Source: Azolla caroliniana (Eukaryota > Plantae > Polypodiophyta). From it: a DNA stretch of 64,000 bases. The position numbers and the translations under genes are program-made. Positions 9,451-23,246 of this stretch are shown piece after piece. The notes under the pieces were generated by a model, which did not search any database, was not told where the DNA came from, and worked only from the letters and a program-made list of their open reading frames with translations. The DNA lies in the NCBI GenBank assembly GCA_043228905.1, contig JBHGNT010000013.1, positions 21,080,001 to 21,144,000 of the forward strand, given 5' to 3'. Within the stretch, counting starts at the first letter, position 1; every line of letters starts with the position of its first letter.

Positions 9451-12421
9451 TCACTCGTTGCTCTCCGATTCTCCGCCGGGCCCGAACTGATCGTCGTTGT
9501 CGCTCCCGCTTGCAGGCTCCGGCTCATCTTCGAACCGCTTTTTGAACGCTTTGATACGCTTCCCGGCCACCGGCACCGCTAACTGTGTCCCGTCGAGTTC
9601 CGCGAGGTGGTATGTGCCGTTGTCGTTCGCGCTTGTCACCATGTAGGGCCCGAACCATCTCCTGGCAAACTTTCGCACCGCCTTGTGCTGATTGTCGAGG
9701 CTGCTGTTGTATACCAAGACCCAGTCGCCTTCCTCATTCTTCTTTGGTCGCAACCGGTGCGTCCGGTTGAACCGGGTCTTGTTCCGCTCCCTTGCCGCTC
9801 GCAGCTTTTCCTTTGCCTGTATCACGTCCTCCGGCCTCCGCTCGAGTTGCCGAATCCGCGCCGCCAGCAACTCCTCCCGGCTCATTTCGTCCTTCCACGA
9901 AGAAACTGTCCATTCCATCAGTATGATCAGATTTTGTCCGTACATTAGCTCCGCCGGCATAAACCCTGTCATCGAACTGTGCGTAGTCCGGTCCGCCCAT
10001 AGCGCGTAAGGAAGGAGTCGCGGCCAATTCCCGACATGCCCTCCGCATGCACGCACCAACACCTTTACGATAGGCCCGTGCCCACGTTCTACCTTTCCGT
10101 TCGCCTCTGGATTGTACGCCATAGTGAGGGAGAGTTTTACGCCTAGCTGATCGAACAACTCCTCAGCTTCCCGCGCATCCAGCTCTCCTCGGTCCACCAC
10201 GATCCTCTCGACGCACCCGTATCGACACACTACTTCTTCGACCAGGAACCGGCATACCGCCGCAGTTGTCTTGCTTTGCAGTGCACGGCCTTCCACCTGG
10301 TTCGTTAAGTCTTCCCGTGCAAGCACCAGGTATCGCATCTATCCTACCCCCATCAGCATCGTCACCAAGTCCACCATCCACTTGAAATGGACCGTAGGCG
10401 GGTAGGTCGGTTGTAGCTCGTCCTGGTGTCGGACTACGGAGTGCACCTGACAGCTTTCGCAAGTCGTTACGAACCAATGCACGTCCTGGTATAGCCCCGG
10501 CCACCAGTACTTCTCCTTCAGCTTCTTGAACGTGGCCCACGTTCCGCAGTGTCCGGCCCATGGGCTCTCGTGGAATGCCGCCAGTAGTTTCCCCTGTTCT
10601 TCTTTCTTTGCCACTACTCGGAGTGGGATGCCGCTTCTCTTCTTTTGGTGCCTCCATATGCACCCGTCCCGCAGGAAGAATCGGTACGCCTTCCTCCGTA
10701 TCCGGCTCACCTCCTCTCTCGCCCACACTGCGTCCAGCGTCATCGTCCGTAGGAACCTCCCGATTTTGGAGCCACTCCCCGTCGTACCTGCTTTCGTCAA
10801 ATTCGTTAAGCGTTGGAGTGTTCCCTTTCCTCGTTGTTACGTTAGCCGACCCGAAGAAGTCCTCGCCGACTTCTTCATCATCCGAAACCATACCGTCTTC
10901 GTCGTTGAACCTTGCCCTCGAAAGCATGTCGGCCATGGCGTTGTCCTTTTCGGAGATGTGCCGTATCTCCGGGTTCAGGGACTTAATGTACGCTATCCAC
11001 CGGAGCATTGCTAGGTCCGACATCGCGCATCCGGAAACCATGCCGAGTATCGGCAGGCAGTCCGTCTCGATAATCATCTCCGTCCCGATCAAATAATCCT
11101 TGTCGGCCTTGACTGCCGAAACGACACCCCAAAGTTCGCGCTTAACTTGGGCGTACCCTCGCTGCTGCTCCCTCAATACCTTCGCCCCGAACCGGATCGG
11201 GAATCGTACGCCGCCCTTGCCCTCCTGATTGGTTACCCACCCGATCCCGGTTGGGCTGGTGTCCACCGTTACGCAGATGGGAACATCCTTGCTGTAAACC
11301 GCTTTACGGAGAGCCAGCGCTGCCGTAAGCGCCTCCTTTAGTCTCTGAACCGACTCCGTGTGCTCCGTCCTCCCCTCAAAGCTACGCCCCTTTTTCAATA
11401 GTCCGTAGAGGGGTTCCGCGACATGTGCATAGTGTGGGACCCAGATGTGGTAGAACGTGCATGCCCCCAAGAATCTACGGACCTCCGTGACCGACCCGCA
11501 ATCGTTCCTCATCGCGGAGATGGCCTCTACCTTTGCCGGAGACGGTTTCCTACCGTAAGGCCCGCACAGGTGTCCGACCACCAAGATCTCCGACTGTCCG
11601 AAGGCCGACTTTTCCTTGGAGAAGGTGAGCCTCGCACGCTCTAGTCTCTGCAGCACCTTCTCGCAGTCATCGATGTGGGACGCCACCAAATTCCGACATC
11701 CGTCCAGCCCGATTGCCTCGTCCCTTTTCTCCACCGGGCATCCCTTGATCGGGATGTCGTCTAAGAATGGCATGGTGATGTCCGGGATACAATCCCTGAG
11801 CACTTTGTTCATCACGTTCACCATGTGAGCCACTGAGCTCATCCCTCCTTGTGGCAGGGTACACATCCGCACTAGGCCGAGAGGAGTCCGCATCGTCGTA
11901 ATGTCTCTGCTCTCCACGACTAGTTGGAATTGATCGTACCCCGAGTAAAGATCACTGACAGAATAGATCGACCTTCCAGCGAAGGCCTCCGCGAACTCGT
12001 CTATGGTCGGTCTGATCCCTGCATTACGGATGGTCACCTTGTTGACCGGTTGTAGGTCCTGGATTAAGCGCAGCGTGCCATTCTTCTTCGGCATCGTAAA
12101 CCACCGATTCGAATACGGGGCACTCGACGGTTCGAGGATGCCCATCTCCACCTTTTGCTTTAGGAGCTCCATCAACTTCGGGATGTGAGCTCTTGGCACC
12201 GGAATCGGCTTGAGATTCCATAGTACATGCGGTACCGTGAAGATCACCATCGATTCGACAACTATCGGGTCTCGGCACCCGATCTCCTCCGGTGAGAATG
12301 TGAAAGCCTTCCCGTGCCTCCCGAGCATTCTCCGAAACCGGTCCTCCTCCGCCGGCAGTAGGAAGCCGCCCCCACTGACCTTGAGCTCCCGTAGCGTTAT
12401 GTTGGTGAACCGGTGCTCTAT
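9451..12421 (-). pseudogene. Element C RT-RH-IN with a frameshift and a stop
   Basis: ORF pieces 10163-12445, 10339-10800 and 9451-10338 are homologous to B pol. Confidence 0.9.
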
Positions 12422-12899
12422 TGTTAAGAGTCTATTACTAATCAATAGACCAAATCAAGTAAAAAGGAAGAAAATAGATTGGATAGAAGAACCCGTTCCA
12501 CCCGACCACCCCCGAGCTATGATCTAGACATAGCCAACCTACCACCGACGTCCCATACCGCCGGATATTAGGGTGACTAATACCTTGGAAGAGATAAACA
12601 CGATCGTCGAGACGAAAGCCTAGCCCGCACCACCGGTGTCTACGACAGCAGCCTTCCGACGTGATCCCTATGAGGGTAGCTAAGCCTCATATTTATACCT
12701 TTTCCTAGGCCCCTTGAATAGATGTGCCTTTCTAAAAGGCTCTCTATTCATTGGTTGTCTAAATCATGATAGTGCATGCACATATCATTCATTCTATCCA
12801 ATCATTAGTCCCCTTTTTAATAATAGTGAACATACCCTTCACTAATGTAAATATTAGTGACCTACCCTCACCAACGTTATGTGTACATAACATACTCCC

Positions 12900-15800
12900 C
12901 TACTTCAAAAGATTGCACTCTTGCAATATAAAGTGAGGAAATTGTGCCTTAAGCGAATGCTCGCGTTCCCATGTGGCATCATCAATAGGTTTATCCATCC
13001 ATTTGATCTTGAATAGCCGAATCTCTTTAGAACGTAAACGTTTAGTACGAGAATCAAGAATTCGTTCAGGAACATGAGGTTTGTAAGAAAAATCCTCTAA
13101 TGTTACAAGATCTTGGATTGTGATGGTGTTATCACCAGAGCCTAAAAATGGTTTTAGACGACTGACGTGAAAAACAGGATGAATACCAACGTTACGAGGT
13201 AAGGCAAGGTGATACGCAGATGACCCAACTCGCTTAAGGATTTCAAATGGGCCACAATATCGTGGGGCTAACTTAGCGCACTTGCCCGTAGATAATGACG
13301 TAGAATCAGTCGGGACACGCAAAAAAACTTTTTGACCAATAGTAAATGCACGAGGACGTCTATCCTGATCAGCATAAAATCGAGCACGATCTTGAGCTGT
13401 CTTGACATTTTCTTTGGCAATATGCAACATTTGGTTCATGTCTTGCAAAAAATTGCGTGTACTGTCTAATGTATCACGATGAATCGTGACATCAACTGGG
13501 GCACGTGGCTGAAAACCATACATCAACATAAAAGGACTATATCCAGTGGATGTATGTTTAGAGCTATTATAGGCAAATTCTAAGATAGGAAGGTATTGCT
13601 CCCACTTAGAAGGGGTTTTTGCTACATAAGCTCGAAGCATGTCCTCAATAATATGATTAACTCGTTCAGTTTGTCCATCAGACTGAGGATGATCTGCGGA
13701 ACTCATGCTCAACGTAGTTTCTAGTTTCTTAAAGACCTGAGTCCAAAAGTCACTAGTAAACTTGGAATCTCGATCACTAACAATATCCATCGGTAATCCA
13801 TAAAAACGAAATAACTCATCAACAAATTGATAAGCCAACTGTTGAGCGGTTACCGTGGTTTTTGTAGGAATAAATCTAGCTAATTTTGTTAGCCTGTCAA
13901 CGACAACCCATATGGCATCATGACCCCTCTGTGTACGAGGTAAACTAACAATAAAATCCATCGAGATACTTTCCCATTTATTGTTGGGAATATCTAAGGG
14001 ATGTAAAAGACCAGCAGCTTTAAGTCGTTCCGACTTATTAATCTGACATTGTAAGCATTGAGTTACGTATTTATGCACGTCAGAGCGCATCTTAGGCCAG
14101 AAAAAAGTACACGAGATGAGAACGAGTGTGCGTTGTATTCCAGGATGACCAGCAGATGGTGCATCATGACATTCATGAAAAATTTTCTGTTTAACATTTG
14201 GTAAATCTGGAACACAGACCTTTCCACTACGGTAGAGCAAACCGTTTGTAATGTGAAAGGTCGCCTTCGAGGGTAGGGTGCTAGTATCGGCATCTAAACC
14301 AGATTCGGCTTTCGTCCAGTATTTTGAGAAATAACTGTCATCAAGGTATTTCCCTCGAAGGTGATCTAAAAGATCAAATTTTATTTCCGTGAAGCTAAGC
14401 ATGTTAACTTGTTTAATGCGACTAAGAGCATCAGCAACGGTGTTCATAGAACCCTTGCGATATCGTATGGAAAAATCAAAATCTTGCATAAGGTCAGCCC
14501 AACGGCCTTTACGACCAACAAGATCGGGCTGGTCACAAAAATACTTTAATGATTGATGGTCTGTTGTAACCACAAATTTATTTCCATAGAGATAGTGCCT
14601 CCATGTTTTAAGTGCGTGTATCACCGCAAACAACTCTTTCTCTTGAACCGAATACCGAGATTGAGCAGCATCAAGCTTCTTACTTTCAAAAGCAATAGGG
14701 TGACCACCTTGATAAAGAACGGCACCAATAGCATAATCACTAGCATCGGTTTCAATTGAGAAAGGCTTAGAAGGGTCTGGTAATAGAAGAGTGGGAGCCT
14801 GACACACATGCTCCTTGAGTGTCTCAAATGATTTGTCAAGTTGTTCATTCCATGAAATTGGTTTGACAGACTTACGTGGATGACCTTTTAAAAGGTCAGT
14901 TAATGGCGTAGTCAATTTGGAATAGTTACGAATTGATTTTCGTAAAAATCCAACAAACCCTAAGAATGATCTAAGTTTACGAATATTACGAGGAATGGGC
15001 CAAAGTTTAACCTTTTCAATACGAGAAGGTTCAATTTCAACGCCATTTTCTGTAATTAAATGACCTAGGTACACAATAGATTTTTGGAAGAAGTCACATT
15101 TTGAATGTTTTGCATAGAAAGAGTTGTCACGCAACTTTTGCAAAACAAATCGAACATGTTGAACATGATCTTGCAAGGTACGGCTATATATCAAAATATC
15201 ATCCAAGAAGACGACAACAAAATCACCGAGTTGATCTCGGAAAACATCATTCATCGCTTGTTGGAATGTGGCTGGAGCATTAGTCAACCCAAACGGCATG
15301 ACTAAAAACTCATAATGGCCATAGCGCGTACGAAAAGCGGTTTTAGGAATATCATCCTCGGCGATGCGAATCTGATGATAACCAGTTCGTAAGTCAATTT
15401 TCGTAAAATATCGAGCCCCGTGCAAACGATCAATCAAATCATCGGCACGAGGTAATGGATATGCATTCTTAATTGTCATTTTATTCAAACGACGATAATT
15501 GATACACATTCGCCACGAACCTTCCTTCTTCTTGACTAATAGAACTGGCGCACCCCAAGGTGATTTACTATACCTAATGTGGCCCATACTCAAGTATTCC
15601 TTAAGTTGTTTAGCGATCTCATCCTCTTCTAATCGACTAAGTCGGTAAGGTGGAATGCTCACAGGAGCAGCCCCAGGGATGAGTTCAATTTGATGGTCCA
15701 CATTACGTTTAGGTGGTAAAGTAAGCGGTAATTCAGTAGGAAACACATCTTGAAAATCCTCTAAAATAGAGTCGAGTAATCGTTGCTCAAAATGTGGTAA

Positions 15801-17303
15801 TTGTGTGGTGTCAATATTAAAATAATAAAATTGAACCGCAGGATCAATTACACACGAATAAATTAATGAACTAGAATACTCACTTAAAGATTTAGAAGAC
15901 ACAAGTGAATGAGAAGGAAGTTTGGAACATTGAATAAAATGTTTACAATTATTAAGTTCAAATGTGATTGAGTGATTAACCCAATCAATGGACAAAGAAG
16001 GGTTTTTATTAAAAAACCAAGGATATCCTAAAATGACATCTGCGGATTGTAATTTCATAACATGAAAGTCAAGCTTCTCCAAATAAGTATCTATTTGAAT
16101 TGACAGTTGACAAACAATGCCACTGATGTATTGAACGTTTCCATTTGCCATGTGAACTTGATAGATATGATCACTTGCGTTTATGTGGAGCTCCATTTGC
16201 TGCACAAAGTGATCATTAAGAAAATTGTGAGAACTACCGGAATTAAACAAGAAATGTGCTTGTGTTCCATTGATATATCCGACTGCTCAGAGTAAATCAT
16301 TAGGTCCAAGTAAATGTGAAGGAAAAGTGCATTCACATAAACTTAAGTGATTGGTATGAACTTCAACAATATCAAAAGACTCACCTGTGTGACTCGTACA
16401 TTTGTCTTGAGGAGGGGTGTTCATTGACTTCCTCTCAAGACCACGACAGGTATCCTTTGTGTGGCCCCGCTTCTTGCAATATGCACAGAAGAGGTTCGGT
16501 TTCTTTGAGTCGCGGTCAAGAGTGTCACTGGATTGCTTACGTTTCCCAATGAACTTGACATTCGGAGTTTTGGCGAACTCAGGTTTATTGTGGTCTTTCT
16601 TGGAAGTCCTATGGTATCGCAGCACAATGTTGACGGCTTCCTCGAAAGTTGTGGGGTCCTTGTCATGGACAATCCAATGATAATCCCCATTGGGAATACC
16701 ATTCAAAAAACAAGTGACAAACCATTTCTCACCCGTAAGTCCCGATTTTTGGATCTGGGTCCGAGCGTGATGCACATAATCCTCGAGAGAGGTAAATGGC
16801 TTACTAGACAATGTGAGCAAGTGTTGCGCTTGTTCGGTTTGAGAAGGTGGCTGCAAGAATTGTTTCTTAAAAACATCAACGAAACCTTCCCAAGTTGTGG
16901 GTAAGTTTTTTGCGGTCCTTAGGCCACGCCACCAAGCAGCAGCTCGGCCACCTAACTCACGACCGACATAACCAATTTTTACTGCATCGGGCTTGGGATG
17001 AAGCTCAAAGTGAGACTCCCAACGACCAAGCCAAGTGCTAATGGCCTCCTCGGTTCTTTCTTTCTTATCTCCCTTGAAAGGCGTTACTACGAAGGAAGGT
17101 TCACCTTCTTTCTTGGACTCAATAGTTAATTCTTGGAATTTCTTTTCCAATGCCATATTGGCCTGTCTCATTTCGGCCAATTGATTCAAGGTAGTAGTGA
17201 GCAATTGCTCAATAGTGATCTGAGCTTGTGTGCGAGATGTGGATTGGGGTTGAGAGGTCTCATTTGGAGAGATTGTTCCAACTGCGTTCAAAACTTGTTC
17301 CAT
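12900..17303 (-). CDS. Element D gag-PR-RT-RH-IN-chromodomain in a single frame with one TGA at 16287-16289
   Basis: Zn knuckle [27 protein letters not shown] and C-terminal chromodomain PERILDSR...KW...ATWE; the gag and pol ORFs are in the same frame. Confidence 0.9.
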
Positions 17304-18301
17304 GATGCACGCTGTGGGTATGCAATAAAATAAGGAGGTTCAGAAAATACACAAGCAAAATGAATGCTTGAAATTTTGATTGAAAGAACTTTATCCAAGA
17401 AAGTATCTCATGTCTTTACCCCTCTAGAAATATGAGATGTGATTCGAGATCCGATAACTATGGTAACACTATGGTGTTTTAAAAACCATGGGGGAAAACA
17501 TAGCTAAGATGTATTTCTCGGATCTCTATCTTGAGTAATCATGGCGGCTCCCCGAGGCTCAACCATGGTTCTTACATCAATGAAATTTCCTAGATAGCCT
17601 TATATCAATGCCAACCCATCATGTATTATATGGTCGAGAAAGTGTATTACGTGAAAAAACAAGTGCACTCACAAGTAATATTCTAGTCTTGCGAGCAATA
17701 AGCAAACGTGATGATAAAATGATAAAATAAGGCACTACTCATAAGAGTTAAGTAGTGACGAAAACAAGGGTAAAAAAAAAGAACCCGTGTGTTACCTACG
17801 AAAAAAACAATGTCACAAATAAATGGGAAGTGCAAGGTATGCACATATACATCCCAATATGATTGTTATAACTTGCACAATTGTGACATAAGCCACAAAT
17901 TGATACAAGTGATGACGGTGTTGTGTGCAAAGATGTAATACTCAAATCCATGAGTAAAACATCAATAAGGGAACTCATATGGTTTTAGTCGTTTTCTAAG
18001 GCTTGATGATAAGAGTTAAACCTAGATGACCCGTTGAAAAAAAATCGTTCAACAAGCCACTCCATACGAAAAAAATAGTCTACACGTAAAGGTTACATTA
18101 AAATAAACGATGTAAATACTTTATACATGAAAAGGAAGTGGAAAAAGGAGAGTTAATTGTGGGCGGGTAAATAATAATTACTAGAAAATCATATAAGTGA
18201 AACAATACTTATGAAATTAAAATTTAATTAGAATAATCAACAATTAGGTGTATGGAATCAAACATGCCCTAAGATACGAAACCCTAGGGTAGTTGACATG
18301 C

Positions 18302-18620
18302 ACCTCCTCAAGACCACCACATATCCCTAGAATCGGCCAAGTAATGGCTAATTAAAGAGGAAAGTGGCATAGGTAAGTGACATATACCTCGTCAAGGCCA
18401 TGTCATCCCTTAGAATCGGCCAATTGATGGCTAATTAAAAAGGAAAGTGGCATATGTAAGCTACATATACCTTGTCAAGGCCACAACATCTCATAGAATC
18501 GGCCAATTGATGGCTTAATAGAGAGTAGAGTGGCATAGGTAGGCAACATACACCTCGTCAAGGCCACATCATCCCTTAGAATCGGCCAAGTGATGGCTCA
18601 ATAGAGGGGAAGAGTGGTAT
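18302..18620. repeat. About 4 copies of an 83-84 bp tandem repeat in the D 5' UTR
   Basis: Unit ACCTCGTCAAGGCCA...TAGAATCGGCCAA...AGTGGCAT starts at about 18302, 18386, 18469 and 18552. Confidence 0.85.
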
Positions 18621-19527
18621 ACTCAACATCATATGCAAAACGGCCATGAGATAAGCGTGTGCGATTAGAGCAAACACGCTCGACCCAATGCACAAGAATA
18701 ATTATTATCGTAAGAGTTCAAGAGAGGAGAGAGTGGGATATATATCGCAATATGCAAAAGGCCATGAGTTGAGCGTGTGCGATTAGTGCAAACACGCTCG
18801 GCCCGATGCATAATAATAAGTAAAATCGTAGCGTAGTAGGAGGTAGAAAGAAAGAGAATAAAACGTAATACCAATTTGATTCGACCATAAAGAACGCATA
18901 ATAGAAAAAGAGAAGAGATCAAAAAAGAAGAATATCGGGTTTAGAGTGTTGTTTTGATCCTGAGAAGAGCATGACGAGCCTTGTTAGATCCCCCTCGCTC
19001 ACACGCAAAAAACATCAAAACAACAAAAAAATTGTTAGTAAAAGCTCTGATACCACTGTTAAGAGTCTATTACTAATCAATAGACCAAATCAAGTAAAAA
19101 GGAAGAAAATAGATTGGATAGAAGAACCCGTTCCACCCGACCACCCCCGAGCTATGATCTAGACATAGCCAACCTACCACCGACGTCCCATACCGCCGGA
19201 TATTAGGGTGACTAATACCTTGGAAGAGATAAACACGATCGTCGAGACGAAAGCCTAGCCCGCACCACCGGTGTCTACGACAGTAGCCTTCCGACGTGAT
19301 CCCTATGAGGGTAGCTAAGCCTCATATTTATACCTTTTCCTAGGCCCCTTGAATAGATGTGCCTTTCTAAAAGGCTCTCTATTCATTGGTTGTCTAAATC
19401 ATGATAGTGCATGCACATATCATTCATTCTATCCAATCATTAGTCCCCTTTTTAATAATAGTGAACATACCCTTCACTAATGTAAATATTAGTGACCTAC
19501 CCTCACCAACGTTATGTGTACATAACA

Positions 19528-22130
19528 TCTATGCCGACCGGATTCCATAAACTTGGGTCTGGCGCGACCCCTTTTATCCGCCCTTCGCTGCCCTCCGGCA
19601 AGGGTGCCGCGACTAGCCTCACCTTCCGGTCCACCGTCTTGTACTTTGTATCCACGCGGGCCGTCCGATCTGACCCGATCCTTTCCCCGAAGTCCGCGAT
19701 GCCTTCGTACATTCCCATCGATCCTACAGGAACGGTCCGGTCTTCACTAAGGTCTTCATCGATCACCTTTCGTAGTTCGCCCAAGGTGTCGTCAAAAGAG
19801 ACCGCCTCCACGGCGCCCCTGATGTCTTCGTCGGGGAAGAGGACTCCGCATCCCTTGAGCCGCTCCTCCGCTCGCTTCCTCTCCCGGCCGCCGACGCCGG
19901 TTATAGTACAACCTCCGTTGTCGGAGAACCAAAACTTCCTACCCATGGTACAAGTCTTCTTCCGTACTATACATTTGTGGGGTTGTTCTCGGGTGTCCGG
20001 ACTATCACGGCCCCATGCCTTGATAGCCCTCTCTAAAAATCCCCTCGGGTTTCACTGCCGAGGGCCTTGCGGTTACGCTCGTGGTTTAGTCGCACCGTTA
20101 GGAACTGGACCGAGTGACGCCCGTCCTGGCTCTTCACTCTTGCATAGGCTGAACCGTTGTCCAGCACCTCGGTCTCCATCCGTGCTGCCGTGATATATGG
20201 CTCTCCTAGTATAACCGGATGCGAGGACAACTCCTGCTCGAAGAAGTGCTGGTCGATCTCGACATAGCCGATTTTCACCCGTACGTTCGGACAGGCCCCA
20301 TGTAGTTCTTCTGTGGCGCGCATCGTTGCTCATATCTTCCAGCCATGCTTGGTGTTGATCGGCCATTTACCCTTCATGTAGAAATCCATGGACATCAGGT
20401 TGATTTCGGATCCATGGTCTACCAACGCCACCACTGGTTCCAGAACGTTGCCGATCCGTACAGGGGTTTCCGTAGTCGCCCTGGCCCAATGCGGCTTCGT
20501 GTAGTGGCTTCCCGCTAGCTCGTCTTCCAGGGCTTCGTCTTCCAGGTGCGTGGTCTACACCTCCACCGGCTTCTCTGGTTCTAGCTCCGTCGAGAGCCTC
20601 TTACGCTTCACCAAGTCTACGATAGAGTCGTGGAACTCCCTCTTGGCGATTCCCAGCACCTCGCGCAATGACAGCTCCACTTTGCTGTCGAGGATATGTT
20701 CTTCCAGGACCTTTCGCAGGTCTGTGGTCCTTTCGATCTCGGTGCTCAACCAAAACCCCGCCTGCTTCTTTCCGTCCGGTGTGCCCAGGTTGCCGGCACT
20801 AGTCGGTTTCGGTCCGAACTGGGTCTCATACCTCGGGGGGCCGACCCCTCCGGCCTTTCCTGCCCGTTTGTCCTCCACCAGAACCTCGTAGTTCTGGCAA
20901 GTGGATTCTACGAAACCCGTTTTCTCTTCGACCGGATCGTCCCAACCGGTGACCTCCTGGACCCGCTATTCCGCGCGGTCCGCCTCTTCCTTCCTCAGCC
21001 GAACTCTGGAGAGGCCTTCTAGCACTAGCGGCCAGAACCCGGAGTCCTTCGCCTTCCGGGTCTCATCACCCCCGACCCGAATTCCCGCCGACACCGAGTA
21101 GTTGACGGCTTCAACGTGCCGTGCCGCGGCCTCTTCCATCAACCTCTTCATTCCGCCGCGCCCCGTATTCAGTTCTAGGGCTCTCCGGGTCTCGCTCGCG
21201 TGCACCCGCCCATTCTAGAGGTACACCACGTTGGTCCTGAGTGCGTTGGCGAAATCCGCGCAATCCTTCCGAATGTGACCGATCGTGTCACACCACATGC
21301 ACCGCTGCCCAGCTGGTGGCCTCCGGTCGCGAGGTTGTTCACCGCTGTCTCTCCGGACCTATGCGATCTGCAGGTCGCGCACCATCTGTGTTAGCTCCTC
21401 CAAAGCCGCTCCTCCAGATGGGCCTCTCACCACATCGTTCGATGCCGGCCCCGACTCCAGCCAGATTCGGGTCTCTTCCTTCCTCCCAGCCGGCACCGAA
21501 ACCGGCTCCTCGAGCCTCCTCCCCGTGACCGGCCCCAACCCCGACGTGCTTCCGTCGCAACAATCGCGCCTTTTGTCGAAACGGCTGCAGACCCGTTTTA
21601 CCACGGCCCAGTCCGTCGTGAGCCCTTCGTCTGTTTCCAATAGGGGACCCACCTTTTCCCTGTCGAGCGCATCCACCGACTTGACAAACAACAACACTCG
21701 ACTTGTTTCGAGCACCGTCCGGTCTAGCGTTGACAGCCGCGCGAACCATTTTTCGAACTCCTGGAGGAGTACCGACGTGTTCCTCCTCTTTCCGGGGCTT
21801 TCCACCCACGCCATGAAGTCCCGCCTCGAAAGCCGGAACTCCTCCCAAGTCTGGCATCGGCCAGCACCTCGAGCACCTCCGCATGGATGCCCGACGTCAC
21901 CACCCGAGGGAATCCGGACAGCCGCTTGTCCACCGAGATATCCCTCATGATCATTTTGGCCCGATAAGCCTCCAAATAACTCGTGGCGTCTTTCCCTCCG
22001 AAACGGCCTATAGAGCCGACGATCGATTCATTGGCTCTGTCGAGGGTACCCGTTCCCTCATGAGCGCTCACCAGCCTGTCGACGGCCACCGCCATTGCCT
22101 TTGCTAGCTCCGATCCCCTAATCTTTCAAC
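19528..22130 (-). pseudogene. Element C gag-protease and pol N-terminus, fragmented
   Basis: ORF pieces homologous to B/F gag-PR ending ...RGDF*; the TKYKTVDRK segment is present. Confidence 0.85.
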
Positions 22131-22166
22131 TCCTTTGCCGCCCTTTCACGTCGGGTTCACCAAATA

Positions 22167-22228
22167 TGTCGCGTTGTTACGCGGGTACGTGTAGAAAGGG
22201 GCGGGACCATGGGGGTCTTGGACCGAGG

Positions 22229-22263
<35 letters not shown>

Positions 22264-22797
22264 CACCGACACGTAGAAGCGAGAAAGAGAGATATAGAAC
22301 GTAACACTTAATTATAATGACAAGAGATTACAAACTCCAACAGTTACAACCGACAAGGTGGCGACGGACCCGACACAGGGACCCTACTCACGCACACCGA
22401 CGACAGTCACACGACTCGAAGAAACAAAAGGGGAAAGGGAGCGACTCTGCTGGAGGCACACGGGCTGTCCACGAAGCAGAGGCAGCGACCTCCCGACACC
22501 CGCAGAGAGCGACGATGGGAGTAGAAGAGAGAGAGCTCGGCCCTCCGTTCTGCAGCAGCCCTTTTTTCCTCCTCGCACACCCCCCCCGTTTTCTCTTGTC
22601 CTCTTCTCTTTATTCCTTGTCCCCTCTGACAAGGATACGCACAATCCCCCTGATAAACGTGTGCCTCCTTGTTTTTTTCACCCACCGATCCATTTATGAA
22701 TCAGGTACAAAACATCAAGTCACGCGTCCATCCGTGTAAGAGCCAGTTCAGGCGCTTTCTTCTCCGATTCCGCCTATGGCCAGTTTTCTTCACGACA
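22167..22797 (-). repeat. Element C 5' LTR (631 bp) with a (GA)n tract
   Basis: TG...CA ends; the right part matches 9159-9381. Confidence 0.9.
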
Positions 22798-23246
22798 CCG
22801 GAAATCTCCGGGGGGCCCTTCTCTCTCTGAGAGGATATCTCCGTCTTTGGCCTTCGGCAACCGGCTCCACTATTTGTCTTCATCCGAATCCGATTCGGGG
22901 TCTTGGCCGGTTCCGATTTCAGCTTCCTCTACTTCTTCTTCTGTTGGTTCGGTATTCTCACCGTAACTTGTTGGTTCCTCAAGGGCTAACCGGTCTCTTG
23001 CCGGTTGGGTCTGCTCATCGTAGAATCGATCCTCACCGGGCGACTCAGAGTTCATTATCTTCTTCTCCAACTCCCAGTAAGCGAGCGTCTTGTCCTCCAT
23101 GAAGATAATATCTCGACTCCGGAATACCTTCTTGTCGGCTAGGTCCCACACTCGGTAGCCAAACTCATCGTCACCGTAACCGAGGAATATGCATGGCCGG
23201 GTCTTTGGATCCAAGTTTCCTCTCCGGTCCTTCGCAACATGCACGT

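Larger units (their letters stand above)
12422..19527 (-). mobile_element. Chromovirus-type Ty3/Gypsy element D, full length, TSD TCTAT
   Basis: 471-bp LTRs at 12422-12892 and 19057-19527 (1 mismatch seen); iMet PBS TGGTATCAGAGC at 19044-19055; PPT at 12893-12910; TSD at 12417-12421 and 19528-19532. Confidence 0.97.
9159..22797 (-). mobile_element. Ty3/Gypsy element C, degenerate; hosts D and B; inserted in Copia E
   Basis: LTR remnant 9159-9381 and full LTR 22167-22797; PPT 9382-9393; Trp PBS 22145-22162; fragmented gag, PR and pol. Confidence 0.9.
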
